Source of the DNA: an uncultured Oscillospiraceae bacterium
GTDB taxonomy: Bacteria; Bacillota; Clostridia; DSM-8532
Assembly: GCA_964522755.1 (NCBI GenBank)
Contig: CAZFWQ010000002.1
Span: forward strand, 4,318 to 41,575
DNA: 37,258 nt
Direction: 5' to 3'
Position numbers and translations under genes: made by a program. Of this stretch, positions 9,820-19,067 are shown piece after piece. Below the pieces are notes generated by a model, which had not been told where the DNA came from, did not search any database, and saw only the letters and a program-made list of their open reading frames with translations. How positions within the stretch are numbered: position 1 is the stretch's first letter; each line of letters begins with the position of its first letter.

Positions 9820-9891
9820 GCTTCAATGGCTGCAGCCGCACCGCATATATGTAACTCGCTTCAATGGCTGCAGCATCCGCCGCATATATGT
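9820..9891. repeat. Imperfect tandem duplication (period 38 nt) of the 3' end of the zinc-ribbon gene
   Basis: Copy A 9820-9852 is GCTTCAATGGCTGCAGCCGCACCGCATATATGT. Copy B 9858-9891 is GCTTCAATGGCTGCAGCATCCGCCGCATATATGT. The first 17 nt and last 11 nt are identical. Copy B encodes the last codons (HICGGCCSH-stop) of the minus-strand gene. Copy A lies just past its stop. Confidence 0.8.
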
Positions 9892-10079
9892 GCGTTCGGG
9901 CAGGCTGGCGCAGCGTCTTTCGAGGCATGCTGCAGTGAATTCCGCTTGATGTATCGTGTGGAAGGGTTCACCGCACCGCATTCGGGGCATGTGACGTTAC
10001 CGCTTTCACGTTCCGCCATCGAGGCTTTCTTGTTGTACTCGGTTCCGCAGGCGGTACATGTCAAGTCATAAAACGGCAT
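9861..10079 (-). CDS. FmdB-family (CxxC_CxxC_SSSS) putative regulatory zinc-ribbon protein
   Basis: ORF 9861..10127. Preferred start is ATG 10079 (MPFYDLTCTACGTEYNKK...VTCPECGAV...) after GGAGGAAAC. It has two CxxC pairs and a Cys-rich C-terminus, CGGCCSH. Confidence 0.75.
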   Translation of the reverse strand: MPFYDLTCTACGTEYNKKASMAERESGNVTCPECGAVNPSTRYIKRNSLQHASKDAAPACPNAHICGGCCSH

Positions 10080-10196
10080 TCTGTTTCCTCCGTGGGCTTG
10101 TGGAGCCTCAATGGCCGACATATCCATTTGCCGGCAAAGCCAGCATGACGGTCAATTTGTCTTTTATCAGCAAAGAAAAATTCACTGAATGTTATT

Positions 10197-11822
10197 CTAC
10201 ATGAAGAGCAAGGTTTTTGGCAATTCAGCCACAGTCAGCCTAGTTATTTCCACGGGTCCGGATGTCGGGCGGATTTCCAGATGATTGAGATTCCAATCCG
10301 CAAGGAACCCCATGGAGAGATAGGCGCTCCCCCCGTTGAGGTACAGTTCCACACCGGTCGTGTCCATTATGAGGCGCAATTCGGATGTTCCGTCCCGTGA
10401 TTCAAACGGAGCCGTCTTGTCCAGACAGGTCAGTTGCCCTTTTGGTCCGTCACAGACAATATCCAGGCCAAACAACGAAAATGTGAAGCCAGTTGCGGCC
10501 GTATTGCGGAAACTCAGGAAGAGATCATGGGTGCACCGTTCAAGCGGGATTTTGAATGGTGTTTCAGGCGTTATGGCAAGATTGGTTTCCGTCCTGATGT
10601 TCCGATGAAGGGAATCGACTTCCCGGATGGGCCAGGTGCAGAGGACAAGTTCATCCCCGAGTTTGCGGAGCGTCATTTCGCAAGGAGTCGTCATGCATTT
10701 GTTGAAGGGCATGCCCGGGATGTCGAATGTATTCCAGGCAATGCGGATGCGTCGTCCGTCCGTCTCAGGCAAATTGGACCAGGATTGCGCGGCATAGCTG
10801 TGACTGCCGTAATGCAGTCGTTTCACGGATCCTTCCGGAATGAACCGCAGACCGTCGAAGGTGCCGACCTGATATCGGTCCGCGGCTCCGCACAAGATCC
10901 AGCGCTCTTCGTCCGCCGCATCCGGGCTGCCCGACAACTCCACCCGGTTCTGCCAGGCTGGCAAAGGATAGAAATCCGGACACTCCGAATCTTCCGGCAG
11001 GTCCAGTTCCTGGATGAGCGCCCAATCCAGCAGGTTCACGGAAGAAAGAAGGGCATATCGCGTTCCAGTGAGGTATAACGCCATTACCCAATGTTTTTTG
11101 AGGGGAGAGCGGATTATTTTCGGATCCCGGTTCCCATCGGCAATCAGCGGCACAATCGGATTTCGCGGATGTTTGTGAAATGTCCGCCCTCCATCGGTGC
11201 TGTAGGCAAGGTTCTGGGTGAACGGCTTGTCTTTCGACAGGATCGACGTGCTGCCGGCTGCCGTGTAGAAAAGCAGGAGGGCCTCATGCTCCGCCGTATT
11301 CAGACCGAGCATGTTGTCCGAATCGACAAGGGCGGAACCGGAGAACATGGTTCCGCTTTCATCTGGAAAGAGGGCAGCCTCCTGCTCCTCCCAATGCAGC
11401 AAATCCGTGCTGACGGCATGACCCCAGTGCATGTTGCCCCACGCGCAGCCGACGGGATTATACTGGTAGAACATATGATAGCTGCCACGGTAGTGTACAA
11501 GGCCGTTCGGGTCGTTGATCCAGCCCCTTTTCGTTGAAAAGTGAAATTGCGGCCGGAACCGTTCCTTGTAAAGATCCGCCTGCCATTCAGGATTGTCTGA
11601 CTGGCGGACCCGGAACTCCATTTCCGGCGCGCAGGACAGCACGATTTCACCATGTCCGAACCGGCTCACATCGACAGCCATTTCACGGTCCGGATTCACA
11701 CTGTCCATTGAAAGGTCAAGGTCCAGCAGCAGCTGTCCATCACGGTGGAACCGGAGGGATTTTTTTTGCGCGTGGGCACTGACGGGAAAGAGAAGGTAGC
11801 GGTGTTCGCAATAAATCTTCAT
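10197..11822 (-). CDS. GH32 beta-fructofuranosidase / sucrose-6-phosphate hydrolase-like enzyme with extra N-terminal domain
   Basis: ORF 10197..11843. Preferred start is ATG 11822 (MKIYCEHRY...) after AGGAGC. GH32 motifs: WINDPNG (nucleophile), RDPKI, SECPDF. No signal peptide. Confidence 0.88.
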   Translation of the reverse strand: MKIYCEHRYLLFPVSAHAQKKSLRFHRDGQLLLDLDLSMDSVNPDREMAVDVSRFGHGEIVLSCAPEMEFRVRQSDNPEWQADLYKERFRPQFHFSTKRGWINDPNGLVHYRGSYHMFYQYNPVGCAWGNMHWGHAVSTDLLHWEEQEAALFPDESGTMFSGSALVDSDNMLGLNTAEHEALLLFYTAAGSTSILSKDKPFTQNLAYSTDGGRTFHKHPRNPIVPLIADGNRDPKIIRSPLKKHWVMALYLTGTRYALLSSVNLLDWALIQELDLPEDSECPDFYPLPAWQNRVELSGSPDAADEERWILCGAADRYQVGTFDGLRFIPEGSVKRLHYGSHSYAAQSWSNLPETDGRRIRIAWNTFDIPGMPFNKCMTTPCEMTLRKLGDELVLCTWPIREVDSLHRNIRTETNLAITPETPFKIPLERCTHDLFLSFRNTAATGFTFSLFGLDIVCDGPKGQLTCLDKTAPFESRDGTSELRLIMDTTGVELYLNGGSAYLSMGFLADWNLNHLEIRPTSGPVEITRLTVAELPKTLLFM

Positions 11823-11855
11823 GGCTGCTCCTGGCTCTGGCAATTTGTATTCATA

Positions 11856-12671
11856 TCAGGCGGATAACCCGAATGAGGGACGGATGAACTTCAAAAACTC
11901 CTGGATGTGCGCGTCCCAGTATTCCCAACTGTGGGCGCCTTCGTCTTCCACATAGGTATAATCGAACGGATTTCCGGGAATGGCCTGGAAACGGTCACGG
12001 GTATGGTGGGCGGCTTCCTTGAGGAAGTCATCTTTTCCGCAGGCATGGTAGACTCGGGGGAAGGGACCGTCGGCATCCACGATCTTCTTCAGGTTGCCGA
12101 ACACATCCTCTTCCGTTCCAACAAGGTTCCGATCTCCGTGCATGCGCTGATACATGGGAGCCCAGCGCGCATCGATTTCCCGTTTGCCGTCCGCGCTCTT
12201 CGGCGGGTGGTTGTCCGCGCCGGCGGACATGCACCCGATGGCCGCGTATTGCGACGGACGGGCCAGGCCGATTTTCATGCAGCCGGCGCCGCCCATGGAA
12301 AGCCCGGAGATATAGTTGTCCTCCCGTTTTTCCGAGAACGGGAAAAAGCCGCGCATCAGCCGGGGAAGCTCATCAGCCACATACGTGAAGTACTTGCCCC
12401 CGTGCGCCATATCGGTATAGCCGCTGAGATGGACATTCGGCATCACGACGGCCAGGCCGAGGGGCGACACATACCGTTCGATGGAAGTGCGGCGCTGCCA
12501 GATGGTGTGGTTGTCGCTTGCGCCGTGCAGGAGCCAAAGAACCGGATGACTGCCGGAGGCAGCGGCGGTATCCATGCCGACGAGTTTCGTGGCGGACTGG
12601 GGCAGGATGACATCAGCCGCCACGCACATTCCCAGAGATTCGGAAAAGAAGTTCACGTGTATCAGCGCCAT
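11856..12671 (-). CDS. Esterase-family alpha/beta hydrolase (CE1 / PF00756-like), paralogue 2
   Basis: Inside the 370-aa ORF 11856..12968. The real start is the ATG at 12671 (MALIHVNFFSESLGMCVAADVILPQ...), preceded by GGAGG. Motifs: GLSMGGAG nucleophile elbow, CGKDDF, EGAHSW. Length 271 aa, the same as its neighbour. Confidence 0.85.
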   Translation of the reverse strand: MALIHVNFFSESLGMCVAADVILPQSATKLVGMDTAAASGSHPVLWLLHGASDNHTIWQRRTSIERYVSPLGLAVVMPNVHLSGYTDMAHGGKYFTYVADELPRLMRGFFPFSEKREDNYISGLSMGGAGCMKIGLARPSQYAAIGCMSAGADNHPPKSADGKREIDARWAPMYQRMHGDRNLVGTEEDVFGNLKKIVDADGPFPRVYHACGKDDFLKEAAHHTRDRFQAIPGNPFDYTYVEDEGAHSWEYWDAHIQEFLKFIRPSFGLSA

Positions 12672-13477
12672 TTTTCCTGGCCTCCTTCCGGTTGGGCTAC
12701 CGGCAGCCATTTCAGGACCGTTTGGATTTTTTCGTCCCAGTATTTCCATTGGTGGTCGCCGGGAGATTCCTCGTAGAAGAAAGGCAGCCCCACCTTTGTG
12801 AGATGGTCCCGCATGTCCCGGTTCTGCTGGATGAGGAAATCTTCCGAACCGCACCAGATATAGATTCCAGGCTTTGGCCCGTCGCTTTTCGCAAGTTTTT
12901 CCGCAACGGCGAACAGGTCGTTTTCGCTGCCCCGGACATTTTCCGCCGGACCGAATATGTTCGTCCACAGGGAAGGCTGCGGACTTTTGTCGTTCTCGCA
13001 GATGGTTGCCACGTCAAGACCGCCGGACAGCGCGCCGATGGCTCCGAAGGTTTCCGGCGCGCACAAACCGCATTTCAGGGCACCGTAGCCGCCCATGGAA
13101 AGTCCGGCTGCAAAAGTTTTCTCCCGCTTGCTTGTGATGTTCGGGAAGAAGGAGCGGACAATGGCGGGCAGTTCCTGCGAGATGTAGGTCCACCATTTCT
13201 GGCCGATGGCCATGTCCGTGTACCATGCCAATTGCGTGCTCGGCATCACGACGGCCATGCCGTATTCGCTGACGTACCGCTCGATGGACGTGCGGCGCTG
13301 CCAGATGGTATGGTCGTCGCTCATGCCGTGGAGCAGGAACAGCACGGGCCAATCGCCCTCGTCGGCGGATTTGCCCTCCATGCCGATTTGTCCGCGCGTG
13401 GCCTGGGGCAGGATGACGTCCATCTCCACGCACATGCCCAGGATGTCTGAAAAGAAGTCTACATGCAGCAATGCCAT
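12662..13477 (-). CDS. Esterase-family alpha/beta hydrolase (CE1 / PF00756-like), paralogue 1
   Basis: ORF track. MALLHVDFFSDILGMCVEMDVILPQ..., GLSMGGYG, CGSEDF, GDHQW. Its stop overlaps the start of paralogue 2 within ATGGCGCTGA. Confidence 0.85.
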   Translation of the reverse strand: MALLHVDFFSDILGMCVEMDVILPQATRGQIGMEGKSADEGDWPVLFLLHGMSDDHTIWQRRTSIERYVSEYGMAVVMPSTQLAWYTDMAIGQKWWTYISQELPAIVRSFFPNITSKREKTFAAGLSMGGYGALKCGLCAPETFGAIGALSGGLDVATICENDKSPQPSLWTNIFGPAENVRGSENDLFAVAEKLAKSDGPKPGIYIWCGSEDFLIQQNRDMRDHLTKVGLPFFYEESPGDHQWKYWDEKIQTVLKWLPVAQPEGGQEKWR

Positions 13478-13591
13478 GACAGGAACCTCCCTTTCATGTG
13501 TTTCTTATGGATGGACGCAATGGAGGCTTAACCGCATTCAAGACGAACGATGATGAAATCACATTCGTTGTGGTGTATGCGCAGATGGCGA

Positions 13592-14236
13592 CTATTCCCC
13601 CTTTTGAACCGGGGAAAGCCAAAGCGCGCTGTTGCGGATGAGTTTCCGGAACGAAGGCTCTGCAAAGGAACGCGCGTCATGACCGGGAGACAGGTAGACA
13701 ATCCGGCCGAATCCATATGTCATCACCCAGGCTGCGGGGTAGATTTTGCCATTGTATTCGTATTCCAGCACCAGTTGCTTTTCTGCAAGGGGGTCCAGCA
13801 GGAATTCATAGGGTTCTTCCCCCATGAAGAAAGATTCGATTCCTTCCGTCACCGGATGCGTGATATCGGTGCGGCGATAGTTCAATGTCGCATACGCCGC
13901 ATGACCGGTGAATTTTCCGCCGTGCATCTGGAGCAGGAAATACGGGGCTGGCTGGATGATGCCGCTGTGAATCGAGAGAAGCTGCCCACCTGTCGCGACA
14001 AAGGTCATCAATGCGACTCCGGCAGCTGTCGTTCCCCTTTCCGTCCAGTTGTCCGTGTAATTGATGACAAGGTCATAAGACTTCAAAATGTCTGTGGTGA
14101 TGTTTGGGTAATCATCGGAAAAGGTCAGGTCAAAGGCGTCTTCAAGGGTTTCCCGCAAATGGGGTTTTGCCGCATTCATGAAATGCCAGTGGGCCAGTGC
14201 CGTGTCGCCCATGATCAGGGCGGTTTGTCTGTTCAT
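13592..14236 (-). CDS. ThuA-like (trehalose-utilisation, GATase1-fold) domain protein
   Basis: ORF 13592..14392. Preferred start is ATG 14236 (MNRQTALIMGD...) after GGAGGAAG. The segments YDLVINYTDNW, GGQLLSIHSG and GRIVYLSPGHD are typical of ThuA-domain proteins as I remember them. Confidence 0.6.
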   Translation of the reverse strand: MNRQTALIMGDTALAHWHFMNAAKPHLRETLEDAFDLTFSDDYPNITTDILKSYDLVINYTDNWTERGTTAAGVALMTFVATGGQLLSIHSGIIQPAPYFLLQMHGGKFTGHAAYATLNYRRTDITHPVTEGIESFFMGEEPYEFLLDPLAEKQLVLEYEYNGKIYPAAWVMTYGFGRIVYLSPGHDARSFAEPSFRKLIRNSALWLSPVQKGE

Positions 14237-14408
14237 CGGTGCTTCCTCCATGTTGACCGGATATGCGGGCGCCAAAGTGTCCGCATCCATATTGTACATG
14301 TTTTTCAACTGCTTCACATCAGGACAGTCGGACTTTTCCCGCAAAGACGGCGTGACCCTGCTCAAGCAGCCGTCTTTTATGAAAGTCGTCAACTTGCCAT
14401 TTTATCGG

Positions 14409-15206
14409 CTAAACGCTCAAATCCCTCCGGTTGTAGAAAAAGTAAGTTGCAATGCCCGAGGCGGCAACAATCACCAGGGACAAAACGACGTACACCGCGT
14501 CGAATCCGCCCGTGGCCATCAGGGGGGCGGCTTCAAAGTATTTGAACGGCGTCAGATAGCGCAGGAAGCCAAGCCCGCTGTTCATGTCGACTGCCATGGA
14601 AAGCAGATAGGCAACCAGCAGGACGGTTGTGGCGATGGATGACGAGGTTTTCGGATTCCTGCTGACGGCGGAAATCCCGGCACCAATAAAAAGGAATACC
14701 ACCTGGAGGACGAACATGCCGGCCATCAGGATCAGGATATCGCCTGCAACGGCCTCTCCTTGGCTGTACTGCCCCACGATGGAGACCGACAGTCCCAATG
14801 TGACGAGGTTCAGCACGGCAACGTTCAGAAAACCGGCCGACAGTTTGGCCGTGATGATCTTTGACCGTGAAACGGGCTTCACCATGAGGAATTCGGTTGT
14901 CTTGTCCCGTTCTTCCTTGGCGATGATGCCCGCACCCAGCATGACCGCGTGGATGGTAGTCATGACCAGCAGGTACAGGTACAGCATCCCGTAAAACCCG
15001 CTGGCCGTCCTCAGGTCGAAGTCGCCGAACCCGAGAACCGCCCTGAGCGTGCCTGGTATTTGCGATATGAGGTCCGTTATGGATTGGCCGGAACCCACGT
15101 AGGTGGCAAATTTGCCCATGCCGGCGACTATCATGAACAGCATGCCGAGGCTCCAGAAGATCAGGGATTTCAGATTGGCTTTCATTTCTCTCCGGAATAC
15201 ATTCAT
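14409..15206 (-). CDS. ABC-2 type exporter permease
   Basis: ORF 14409..15305. Preferred start is ATG 15206 (MNVFRREMKANLKSLIFWSL...) after GGGAGG. Multi-pass hydrophobic protein, paralogous to the gene upstream. Confidence 0.8.
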   Translation of the reverse strand: MNVFRREMKANLKSLIFWSLGMLFMIVAGMGKFATYVGSGQSITDLISQIPGTLRAVLGFGDFDLRTASGFYGMLYLYLLVMTTIHAVMLGAGIIAKEERDKTTEFLMVKPVSRSKIITAKLSAGFLNVAVLNLVTLGLSVSIVGQYSQGEAVAGDILILMAGMFVLQVVFLFIGAGISAVSRNPKTSSSIATTVLLVAYLLSMAVDMNSGLGFLRYLTPFKYFEAAPLMATGGFDAVYVVLSLVIVAASGIATYFFYNRRDLSV

Positions 15207-15315
15207 GAGTCGAACCTCCCTGCGACGTGGCATATCAATCCTGTCAGCGCCTGCGGTGGCCTGCTTGCCGACCAATGGCCGGTTCGCCCGCGCCGGCTTC
15301 GGCATTCCCGCGGCG

Positions 15316-16110
15316 TCATACCGCGTGGATATCTTTCCTGAGATATGCCAGATAACTCACGACAATCGCTGCGACGATGAAAAGGGCACCCACGACAAGG
15401 AATGAGGTTTCATACGCAGCGTTGGCCAGGATATAGGAGAGGTCGAAATACTTGAATGGCGTGACATAGCGGACGGCTTTTTCCCCGATGATTGATCCCA
15501 GCATGCCTGCGATAAAGAAGCCGAAAACCGTTGGAAGGGAAACCGCGACGACGGACCTGATCTTTTGGGATAGAACGGCGACCAGGATGCCAAGCGGCGC
15601 GAACATGAGCTGGACAAGGAAGAGGGTGGCGGAAATCATCAGGAACAACCCCATATCAGCTTGCGGAGCCTGTGACAAGGCAACCGGAACTGTTACCGCG
15701 AGGAAGATGAGGTTTGTTGCCGCCAGGGAGGCAAGGGCCGCCATCAGTTTGGCCGTCAGGATATTTGCCCTGCTGACGGGTTTCGTCAGCAGAAAATCCG
15801 CCGTTTTCGAACTTGTTTCCTTGGAAACGATGGAAACGCCTAGGTTCATGGCCTGAATGCCGCCGCACAGGAGGAAATAGATGAAAACGGAGGAATAAAA
15901 CCCGGGAAGGGTGGACAGGCTTCCGACGAGAATGCCAAGGGCATTCCGAAGGGCCTCCGGCACGCTTTCGAGCACTTTCCCGAACGCATCGATGTCACTT
16001 AGGATCGACTTGTATAGGAGGATGTACAGGGCGGCCATCGCAGCCATGGACAGCGCCCATGTGATGACCGACTTGCGGTAACGCCTCATTTCATGAAGAA
16101 AAATGTTCAT
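15316..16110 (-). CDS. ABC-2 type exporter permease
   Basis: ORF track. MNIFLHEMRRYRKSVITWALSMAAM..., multi-pass hydrophobic. It starts 5 nt after the stop of the ATPase gene. Confidence 0.8.
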   Translation of the reverse strand: MNIFLHEMRRYRKSVITWALSMAAMAALYILLYKSILSDIDAFGKVLESVPEALRNALGILVGSLSTLPGFYSSVFIYFLLCGGIQAMNLGVSIVSKETSSKTADFLLTKPVSRANILTAKLMAALASLAATNLIFLAVTVPVALSQAPQADMGLFLMISATLFLVQLMFAPLGILVAVLSQKIRSVVAVSLPTVFGFFIAGMLGSIIGEKAVRYVTPFKYFDLSYILANAAYETSFLVVGALFIVAAIVVSYLAYLRKDIHAV

Positions 16111-16115
16111 GCCCG

Positions 16116-17000
16116 TCAGTCCTCCTTCTGGTAATAGTGCATGAAGACTTCCTCGAGCGTGGGTTCCTCGATCCAGATGTTTGAGATCTCCACCTCCGAG
16201 ATGCGTTTCATCACCAGGTTGATATTCCCCTTGAAGAAGAAGCTCAGCATGTTGTCCTTTCTCTCGAGATTGCTCACGCCCGCGAAGCCGAACCGGCTGT
16301 CATCGGCGGTCCGGCTGGTTTCAAGGCGGATCTTCTTGTAATTGTTCTCGGTCAGGTCACTCATCTTTTCCGTCCGGATAATCCGGCCGTCCTTGATAAT
16401 CGCGACGCGGCTGCAGATCCGCTGGACTTCGATCAGGACGTGGGAGGAAAGGAGGATGGTGGCCCCCTTGCGGTTCTCTTCCCGGAGCAGGTCGAAGAAT
16501 GTCTGCTGCATCAGGGGATCGAGTCCGCTTGTGGGTTCGTCAAGGATGATCAGCTTCGGTTCATGCAGCAGGCACTGGACGATGCCGACCTTCTTCTTGT
16601 TTCCGAATGACAGGTCGTCAATCCGTCGCTTCAGATCCAGGTCCATTTTTGCGGCAAGTTCCGCAATCCGTTTGCTGCAATCCTTCCTGTAAAAACTTGC
16701 GGAATAATTCAACAGGTCGATGACCTTCATTTTGTCGTAATAGAAGACTTCGGAAGGCAGATAACCGACATCCTTCGATATTTCGGGGGCCCGCGTGATG
16801 CAGTCCTTGCCGAAAATCTTCGCACTTCCGCTTGTGGGGCGGATCAGAGACAAAAGGGTCCGGATTGTCGTTGATTTTCCTGCCCCATTGGGTCCGATGA
16901 AGCCGAATACCTCGCCTTCCCCGACATCGAAACTGACGTCGATGATTCCCCGCGCTTTCCCGTAGTACTTTGTCAGGTTCCTGATCTCAATGACGTTCAT
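16116..17000 (-). CDS. ABC transporter ATP-binding protein
   Basis: ORF 16116..17066. Preferred start is ATG 17000 (MNVIEIRNLTKYYG...) after AGGAGGG. Motifs: Walker A GPNGAGKST, signature LSFGNKKK, Walker B LIILDEPTSGLD. Confidence 0.9.
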   Translation of the reverse strand: MNVIEIRNLTKYYGKARGIIDVSFDVGEGEVFGFIGPNGAGKSTTIRTLLSLIRPTSGSAKIFGKDCITRAPEISKDVGYLPSEVFYYDKMKVIDLLNYSASFYRKDCSKRIAELAAKMDLDLKRRIDDLSFGNKKKVGIVQCLLHEPKLIILDEPTSGLDPLMQQTFFDLLREENRKGATILLSSHVLIEVQRICSRVAIIKDGRIIRTEKMSDLTENNYKKIRLETSRTADDSRFGFAGVSNLERKDNMLSFFFKGNINLVMKRISEVEISNIWIEEPTLEEVFMHYYQKED

Positions 17001-17069
17001 GGGTACGCCCTCCTGAAGATGGAATTTTGAATTTGCCGCCATGCCCCCATATCTATGAAAATTCAATGC

Positions 17070-19067
17070 TTACCAGGATTCGCCGCAGACATTGACGACA
17101 AAAAGCTCCGCAATATCCGGATCAAACTGAATCCCGGAACCGTGCCTGATTTCACTGATCGCTGCGGTGCGGCTGAGGGCCTTCCGGTAGGTCCGGCTGC
17201 TTGTCATGGCGTCGAATGCGTCGGCAATGGCGATGATCCTCCCCTGCAGGGAGATTTCATCATGTTTGAGGCCTTTCGGGTAACCTTTCCCGTTCCATTT
17301 TTCATGATTTTCAAGAACATAATCGGCAATCTTTGAAAATTCATTTACGGAACTCAATATCCGGTATCCGATCTCCGAATGCCTTTCGACTTCCTGCCGT
17401 TCCTCGCCGTTCAACTTTTGAGGACTGTTGAGTATGCTTTCGGCAATGCCGATTTTTCCAATGTCATGCATCATTCCGGCGATCCGGATCTGGTTCACGT
17501 CATCCGTGTTGAAATTCATCTCAGTCGCGATCTCCGCGCAGATCTTGCCTACCCGTTCGGAATGAAGCATCTCACGATTGTTCTTCTCAAAGAGCGTGCT
17601 CATGATCAAGTCGATTGTCTTGCTGCGAATGCTCGAACTTTCCGCAAGCTTGTGCCGGTACATGTGGTTTTCCGCATCCTTGATTGTCTCCTGGATGCTT
17701 TCATCCGAACGGCTCTTGGTTTCACAGCCGAACGAAATGGAAATGCCCACGGTGCGCACGGTTTCATTGCGCGACAGTTCCTTCATGCGCGTGATGACCT
17801 TCTCCGCTGTCTCCTTGTCGGTTTTCGGCATGATGACGACGAACTCGTCTCCACCCAGCCGGGCAATGACATCGTCGGCACGGCACCCTTTTTTCATCGC
17901 TTGAGCCACCTTGATCAGCAGCTCATCCCCGGTTGCATGGCCAAATGAATCGTTTACAAGCTTCAGCCCGTTAACGTCTCCCATGGCAATGGAAAGAGGC
18001 AGGTTCTCATCAATGTCCATCCGCAGGTGCGCTTCTTCAAAAAAACACCGGTTGCATAGTCCCGTCAGCTGGTCATAATAACACAAATACTCAATTTCTT
18101 CTTGCCGCTGCTTTCTCTCCGTATAATCCCTGAATGCCAGGACGACGCCGATAATCTCGTCATTTTCATACAGGATTGGCGCAGCGCTGATTTCGATGGG
18201 CCGCTTCTTTCCGCTTTTTGAAACCAGCAGGCCGTTTGTCAATTCCATGGCTTGCCTGCTCGCAAGCAGAAGCGAAACGATGCTTTTGCTTTTTTCCCCG
18301 GTCGATGTTTCAGTCATGTCAAATATGTCCTGTACCGGTTTCCCCTGCGCGTCCGCTTGCGTCCAGCCGGTCAAAAACTCGGCAACCGGATTCAAATATA
18401 CGATGATGCCTTTTTGGTCCGTTGAAATGACGCCGTCCCCGATGGACCGAAGCGTTGTCTCCATAAGCTTCTTCTCGACGGCCAGCGCGGACTCCAGCTC
18501 CTTGCGCAGCGAGATGTCCTGAATCATGATGCGGAAAACCGGGTCTCCCTCTGAATTCTGTGCGATGGATGCATCCAGGTGCCCCCATATTGATGTCCCG
18601 TCCGCGTGCAGCAGCCGCAGTTCGCAGAAGCGTGGCTGCCCATTGGCATAGAGCGCGGTGTGGAGCTTGTAGAAGACGTCCTGATCTTCTTTGAGGATGA
18701 AGCGGGAAAGCGGATGAAGCGCAAGTTTGCTGCGGGTTGTGCCCAGCATGGAGGCTACAGTGTGATTGGCCTCCAGGATGATGCCTTTCTTGCTGAGGCT
18801 GCAGTATCCGATGGGCGCCATATCGTAGAGGTCAAAATACCGCGCATGGGAAACTTCGAGTTCAGCCTGCACCCCTCGGAGTTCATCGTTCTGCATGGCC
18901 AGTTCTATCTCGTGAACCTGCAGGCTGCGGAGTGCCCTCCAGATTTCTTCCGAGGTCATTGTACGGAGAACTTCCGGCGATGCAGCTCTCTTGTCATTCA
19001 GAAACTGTTCTGCGCGATGGAGCAGGTCATGGGCTTGTTTGGAGCGATTGTCACCATCATTCATCAT
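17070..19067 (-). CDS. Cyclic-di-GMP signalling protein: coiled-coil, PAS x2, GGDEF, HD-GYP
   Basis: ORF 17070..19112 (TTG). Start is uncertain; the ATG at 19067 has the best SD (GAAGGAAG). GGDEF motif RLGGDEFVVIM, with an RADD I-site 5 residues upstream. HD-GYP module HDIGKIG...NHEKWNGKGYP. Confidence 0.85.
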   Translation of the reverse strand: MMNDGDNRSKQAHDLLHRAEQFLNDKRAASPEVLRTMTSEEIWRALRSLQVHEIELAMQNDELRGVQAELEVSHARYFDLYDMAPIGYCSLSKKGIILEANHTVASMLGTTRSKLALHPLSRFILKEDQDVFYKLHTALYANGQPRFCELRLLHADGTSIWGHLDASIAQNSEGDPVFRIMIQDISLRKELESALAVEKKLMETTLRSIGDGVISTDQKGIIVYLNPVAEFLTGWTQADAQGKPVQDIFDMTETSTGEKSKSIVSLLLASRQAMELTNGLLVSKSGKKRPIEISAAPILYENDEIIGVVLAFRDYTERKQRQEEIEYLCYYDQLTGLCNRCFFEEAHLRMDIDENLPLSIAMGDVNGLKLVNDSFGHATGDELLIKVAQAMKKGCRADDVIARLGGDEFVVIMPKTDKETAEKVITRMKELSRNETVRTVGISISFGCETKSRSDESIQETIKDAENHMYRHKLAESSSIRSKTIDLIMSTLFEKNNREMLHSERVGKICAEIATEMNFNTDDVNQIRIAGMMHDIGKIGIAESILNSPQKLNGEERQEVERHSEIGYRILSSVNEFSKIADYVLENHEKWNGKGYPKGLKHDEISLQGRIIAIADAFDAMTSSRTYRKALSRTAAISEIRHGSGIQFDPDIAELFVVNVCGESW

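Noticed and set aside
9826-10071. Plus-strand 81-aa ORF overlapping the FmdB-like gene.
   Set aside because: The opposite strand encodes a textbook double-CxxC zinc-ribbon protein with a good SD. The plus-strand product has no motif and no SD.
12672-12968. N-terminal extensions in the ORF track. Examples: the 370-aa form of esterase 2, 8581..8736 ahead of nrdB, 14237..14392 ahead of the ThuA-like gene, 22328..22489 ahead of the MFS gene, 27444..27545 ahead of the NAT gene, and 1391..1471 ahead of the GH63-like gene.
   Set aside because: The extensions overlap the upstream gene or look like non-coding translation. An internal ATG with a GGAGG-type SD coincides with the conserved family N-terminus in each case.
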